Positions 58,689 to 64,000 of a stretch of 64,000 nt of DNA are shown piece after piece (position 1 is the first letter of the stretch; every line of letters begins with the position of its first letter). The notes under the pieces were generated by a model. The model was not told where the DNA came from. It saw only the letters and a program-made list of their open reading frames with translations, and ran no database searches. The stretch is from Entomortierella parvispora E1425 (lineage: Eukaryota; Fungi; Mortierellomycota): positions 2,170,001 to 2,234,000 of the forward strand of contig BQFW01000012.1 in the NCBI GenBank assembly GCA_020891255.1, given 5' to 3'. The translations under genes were made by a program, and so were the position numbers.

Positions 58689-60897
58689 CTATCCAGTCTT
58701 GGTCGTCGTTGGGTCAAGGATGTTCTCACTGGAAATGGTGCTAACCTCCGATTCAAACTTGGATTTCTCAACTGCAGGAAGGCCACGTTCCAAGTCCACT
58801 TCCCCTTTTCCTTCCGCAACTGCCTCGATCGCCTCGACCGTCTCTACTGGCAATTCAGCAATCGCGGCCGTCGCCGCCGCAGTCTTGGCCGGGGCGTTGG
58901 GCTTGTCCCAAGGCAACAGGATCAAGGTCAAAAAGAAGCCCAAGATACCAAAGGCCACAATACCAAAAAAGGCATTCTTGTATCCCTTCATCAGTTGAGG
59001 CCCACCTCGAACTTGTCCTTGGCCATTGCCATTGGTCGAAAGCGCAATGACGTTAAGGATGGCAATACCAAAGGGGGCGCCCATCTGGAGTCCGGTATTG
59101 TAGATGGCACCGACCAGACCTTGATCTTGGTTGGCAGCGTCCCTCACGGCTGTGATTTGAACAGGAAGATAGGAAAATCCAATGCCAAAGACGTGAATGA
59201 TCAGAGCCGGGAAGGGGATCGCCCAGTACGGAGTGTTTTCGGTCAAGAAAGCCATCATCAACCCGGTGATGCAGCGCAGCAGGAACCCTGTCATGATCAA
59301 TGGCTTGAGTCGCAGACGAGGCAGGACGCGACCCAAGACCGAAAAGACAACGATAGCCAACAAGGAATGGACCAAGAACCCGAGAGCGGTCTGGATGGCT
59401 GTCCAGTTGTAGATCTCTTGAAAGCACAAATTGACGTAGTAGATCACTCTAAAGCAAGAGTTTTGGAAAATAAGCGAAAGTTTGAGGTTAGGGGAGACTG
59501 CGGAGACTGCGGAGAGAAAAAAAAAAAGGCGGATGGTCAAGACGAAAAAGTTGCTGCTTACCCCTGTTTGAGTAGAAAAGGAAGTTGCATCACAACAAAA
59601 GGGAACGTGGGTGGGTTAGGGTAGGTTCCATGTCCCAAACATCGCGTTTTTTCATCATTGAATGCAATTAGGAGATGTAACATACCTGCATCATGGCCAT
59701 TGACACGAAAGCCAAGACGACCGACGACGAGAACGACTTGACCTTCCAGATCCGAAGGGGCATCAAAGGTTGATGAACGCGGTACTCAATAAAGATGAAC
59801 AGGGCCAAGAGGAGCAACCCCGCAAAGAAAATAGGCAAGGTCTTGGGACTGGCCCAGCCATCCTCGACACCCATAGAGATGTAATAGACTGGGAATTTCA
59901 ATGTTAGTTTTGATGGTCGCGAGTATCGAGTCTCTTTCAAGAACATGAGGCCACTCTAAACATACCAATACCGGTAACACCCAGCGTCACCGTGATCCCC
60001 CCCAGAAAGTCGACCTTGGGCTTTACAGCCTTGGGTGGAGTCAAAGGGATCGAGAGGAATCCAAGGATAAAGAGAAAGTAGCCAGCAATGGCCGAGACTC
60101 TGAAGATCCAAGCCCACCCGATACTGGCAATCAAGCCGCCAGCGAGAAGAATACCAGTGACAGCGCCCAGGCCACCAAACGCAGCAAAGATTGAAAAGGC
60201 CCTCGTTCTTGCTGGTCCTGCAGGGAAATTAGTGGCAATCAGGGCCATAGCAGTAGGGATGGTACCTGCAGCACCCATGCCCTGCAAAGCACGTGCGATG
60301 ATAAACATGAGGGGAGACGTGGAAAAGGAGACGACAATGGCCCAAGTGGAGAACCAAAATAGACCCGCCAAAAACATACGACGGTGTCCAAAGAGATCAC
60401 CTAGACGACCCGACACGAGAAGGAGGCCCGCAAAGGCGATCGTGTACGCGTTGAGGATCCAGATCATCTCTGAAACCTTGAAGTTCAAACCCTCCGCGAT
60501 GGGGATAATGGCAACGGACACAGAGGCTCCATTGACTATGTTGCGCAGAAGAAAAGGTTGCGTGTGGTTAGAAGCAGCTATCGATACCTGTACAACATAC
60601 AACAACGTGGAAGGAGAAAAGGGTGTCAGACCGTCAAACGAGATTCTTACCGATGTCAAGGAACTGCGCAGTGGAGACGACATAGAGGAGCAAAGGTGCC
60701 ATCGTCGTTTTAATTTTATCCAGCGTGGAGACAGGGGATGGGTCGTGGATTGACTTGTCTGTGCTGTTGGAGAGGACCGACTCTGGCGTGGTGACCTCCT
60801 GCTTCGCGTTGCCGAGGACATCGTTGTCATTGATGGTAGAGCTTGACTCTTCTGCTGTTGGTGTGGGAACGACAGCAGTCGTGGGATCTTGTGCCAT
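58689..60897 (-). CDS. MFS drug:H+ antiporter, DHA2 (14-TMS) family, about 4 exons
   Basis: AQFLDI|VNGASV; WILNAYTIAFAGLLLVSGRLGDLFGHRRMF (motif A); ARALQGMGAAGTIP (motifs B/C); GWAWIF; VDFLGG; PLMPLRIWK; DQGLVGAIYNTGLQMGAPFG. Confidence 0.93.
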
Positions 60898-62305
60898 GAT
60901 GGAGTGCGCAGGGTATAAGGACGTGAGGCGCAATTGTCAAAAAAAAAAAAAAAAAAAAAAAAAAGAGGTGATTCTGACGCTGCAAATGCAAGCTGATGTG
61001 CTGAAGAATCGAGGGTGCTGGTCCAAAACACGAATAGAGGTCCAAAGAAGACAGGATTAGATGAAGAATGAGCGAGAGTGGGGTAGGTATGTATGTGGGG
61101 GGAGGGATGTTCTTGTTCTTGCCACCTTTTATATTTTTTTCATGGACTCCCGCTACTCTCCAATGAGCATTGGCCTGCCGTGTCTCAAAAAAAAAAGAGA
61201 CGCGCCGCATCCCAGGGAGAAACAACCTGACAAATTTCTGGAACGGGGTGACATCCGTGTATTCAATCGCGGTTACGATTCAATGCCAGGGAGGGTTCTT
61301 GTCTCGACTGTGCACTTTTTTTTCTTATTCTTTTGTTTGACAAGGTCTTCCCGTGCAGAGCCAAGAAATCAGAAAAAGAAGAAAAGAATCCAAAGTGCGT
61401 GTGTCTGTGATGCGGATGGTCTGAGCATTTCTCTCCCGATGACATTGAAATCAAATTAGAGGCTGTTTCGTCGGGCGTACAAAAAACATTGTCAAAAAAA
61501 TGCTTAAATTTTTCAGCGCAGCAAGGTCTTTCCCTGACAAAGCATACAAAGCAGGACCATTGGGTTGACAGCGCGGACGTGTACCCCATCAGGCACCGCA
61601 GTGCTGAATCGACTTTTTTTGTTGCGCCACATTGGGACCTAATGATGAGGACCCCCACAACTTAGACTCCGGGAGTATAGTATTGCCCCTGCAGCTTAGC
61701 CTCCGGACTTTTGGTAATGCCGAATGCCCCCATCCCCCATGGTCCCCTAGGTGGATGTATCTACTTTTGCGAGATCCGTTGTTTCTTTTGCGCAGCCCCT
61801 GTCAAGATAAACAAGATGAACAGGGTGACGCGAGTGCAGTTATTTGGGAGTCTACTCTCTTCGTACCTGACCGCGCGATTGTCGCGGATCTTTATGAACA
61901 GCCACGACCCCCCTGTACTGCACTCGTGTCACCCTGTTCATGTCATCCAAACATTGCGAACATTGCTTATCAAAACTGTACCTTTTTTTATTTCACAACA
62001 TTGCGGGGCAACGGGCCAAAAAAAAAAAGGAAGAAAAAAAAAAAACTCAAAAATGAAATGATGGGTGCTCGCGTGAATGGACCGCTCTTCCTCTGGGTAA
62101 CAAGACTATGTGCGATGAGGAATTGGAATCCAAGGGAACGAATGAAGTGAAACAAAAAGACAAAAAAAGAAAGAAGAGAAAAAGAAAAGAAAGCAGCAGA
62201 AGAAGTATCTACAAGAAAAAAAAAAATGGTTGAGGTATCAAAAGAGAAAAGTGGGGGAGTATAACGGTCAAGAGAGAGATAGGAACAACGGAAAGGAACG
62301 ACCTC

Positions 62306-64000
62306 TTAGGATCGGCGCACTTCTTCAGAGCTCAAGCACAAGTGATCAATGGCCATCAGCTCTCGCACGGATCCTCGTCGCTTGGACATGAGCGATTGCA
62401 TGTCCGCTTGACTCTGGTGACCTGGGTTGCCGGCGCTTATGTATCCTGCCGTAAAAGAGGCCACGCTTGAAGAAGCCGACGGAGGAAGAGGAGGTGAGGA
62501 GGTGGATGTACCATTGCTGTTGTTGCTGTCCCCAGGGAAGATAGGTGAAGACGATGAGGAAAAGTATCCGGAGCTTCGACGTTCTGCCTTCAACTGAGTG
62601 TTGACCTTAAGATGGTGACCCTGATGGTCCAAGTGGGCATGGAGAACCCCATCGACAATCATATCTTCATCCACCATGAGACCATCGCGCGCTGCTTCGT
62701 CCCCACCGTCAACATCATCATCATCGTCAAGCTCGTCTCTCTCCGACGTTGGTTCAGAGGTCGTTGAGAAATCCATGGAGTATCTCTTGTTCCGATAGGA
62801 AGTTGAGCCCAAGTCATGGCGTCCATTGCCGTTTGAATAACCATATCCGCCGCTGTAGCTATGGTTGTGTGCCACTGGATGACCACGTGAAGTTGGCGAT
62901 GTTGGTGAGGTCTCATTCGAAGTTGGGTATCTGGGGTCAGTTTGGTACGAATGGTGTGGATAATGTTGCCCAGGGCCGGCAGAGTACTGGACATGAGGGT
63001 GTTGGTGATGCTGGGGGGATCTCTTTTCTCGTTCATCGTCATGCTCCGACCCGTCACCATGCTCTTCCTCCTTCACATGGCCCAAGGTGCCCATGGCCGA
63101 GTATCGACGTGCCAAGTTGGTCAACGAAGGCTGAGGAGGAGGCGGGACAGGGGAGGAGCTGCTTGATTCAGAGATCAGGGTCTTGATCACCGCATCCTCA
63201 ATGTCGTTGCTGCCCCCCCTCTCATTTCCAGAGCCAGACCGTCCAGATCCAGATCGAGACATGGCCTCGCCACTGCCGTCCGATCCTCTACGTCGCTGAT
63301 ACTGGTGGCGATCATCATGGCCCTGTCTGAAGTCGTCCTCTCCCAGTGCATCATCTTCACCATTGTCCTCTTCCTTGCTCTGGACCACAACCGTGTTGTT
63401 GATGTTGCTGAGCGAGGACATGGAGTGATTCGCTCGATGACCAGGGCCGCCTGCGCTTCCAGGCATCTCTCGATGACGCTCTGCCAAGTTGGCAAGCTCT
63501 GTCAGAGCCGAAAGTGGACCCATATCCAGCGATCGATGGTGTTCGTGTCCACGGGTATATCGTCCTGGAGTCTGTTCGGACTCGTGTCGCGGGAAGTTGG
63601 GTCGAGGCAAAGCATTGTGCAGCGACTGAGGGGGCAGCTGTGGGTACTGCAGGTTGTATGGGTGGTGTGGGGGAGGAGGACCATAGGAAGGATGTTGTGG
63701 GTGATGGTGGTATCCTGGGTACATCTCATAAGGCTCCTGTGGACCACTGCTCAGAGACGAGGACCGTGTGAGCTTCATCGGAGGGGACATGGACGAAGAC
63801 GAACCAGATGAGGTAGCAGTTGTCATGGAAGAAGGTGAGACCATGGCCGCCATGGTCGAAGCCACGTACGACTGCTGCTGCTGCTTGTGGAGGGATGGGA
63901 TCCCTGGAAGGTTGGGTCGTACTTGTCCTGGAGCAGGTGGTGCTCCAATAGGTTGCTGTGGGCCAGAACGGTCTGATCCGAGCGAAATGGATCTAGACAT
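62306..64000 (-). CDS. 3' part of a low-complexity (S/H/P/G/D-rich) hypothetical protein; 5' end outside the window
   Basis: Open frame of 564 codons reaching the window edge, with coding-like composition and a stop at 62306. No recognisable domain in the visible part. Confidence 0.7.
   Translation of the reverse strand: MSRSISLGSDRSGPQQPIGAPPAPGQVRPNLPGIPSLHKQQQQSYVASTMAAMVSPSSMTTATSSGSSSSMSPPMKLTRSSSLSSGPQEPYEMYPGYHHHPQHPSYGPPPPHHPYNLQYPQLPPQSLHNALPRPNFPRHESEQTPGRYTRGHEHHRSLDMGPLSALTELANLAERHREMPGSAGGPGHRANHSMSSLSNINNTVVVQSKEEDNGEDDALGEDDFRQGHDDRHQYQRRRGSDGSGEAMSRSGSGRSGSGNERGGSNDIEDAVIKTLISESSSSSPVPPPPQPSLTNLARRYSAMGTLGHVKEEEHGDGSEHDDEREKRSPQHHQHPHVQYSAGPGQHYPHHSYQTDPRYPTSNETSPTSPTSRGHPVAHNHSYSGGYGYSNGNGRHDLGSTSYRNKRYSMDFSTTSEPTSERDELDDDDDVDGGDEAARDGLMVDEDMIVDGVLHAHLDHQGHHLKVNTQLKAERRSSGYFSSSSSPIFPGDSNNSNGTSTSSPPLPPSASSSVASFTAGYISAGNPGHQSQADMQSLMSKRRGSVRELMAIDHLCLSSEEVRRS

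Noticed and set aside
61000-62300. ORFs 61263-61658 and 61632-62150 and an AATGATGA box-C-like word near 61640
   Set aside because: There are no domains or consistent splice signals, and the nearest CTGA is over 200 nt away with no terminal stem. Most likely shared UTR or promoter sequence.

Overview
Intron-rich fungal genomic DNA. The gene content (Kelch-TM and F-box orphans, a Frizzled-like receptor, short GT-AG introns with long poly(T) tracts) points to an early-diverging fungus, most likely Mortierellaceae (inference). About 21 protein-coding genes were assembled by hand from the ORF track and splice signals: TAO3/Furry (runs off the left end), indoleamine 2,3-dioxygenase, a HAD phosphatase, telomerase reverse transcriptase (TERT), VPS27, STN1, PDCD5, BolA2, KU70, a tandem CCCH zinc-finger protein, an orphan, an aldo-keto reductase, a Cys-rich/TM/SH3 protein, a TCO89-like protein, a GNAT, an ABCC transporter, a secreted ependymin/LolA-like candidate, an F-box protein, a Frizzled/Smoothened-like 7TM receptor, a Kelch-TM protein, a DHA2-type MFS transporter and a low-complexity gene cut by the right end. 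The main observation is that three telomere-maintenance genes (TERT, STN1, KU70) lie within about 15 kb (10613-25703), separated only by VPS27, PDCD5 and BolA2. That looks like a eukaryotic telomere gene cluster. No rRNA, tRNA, CRISPR array, transposon or telomeric repeat tract could be supported. All exon boundaries are manual predictions with no database search or RNA data behind them.
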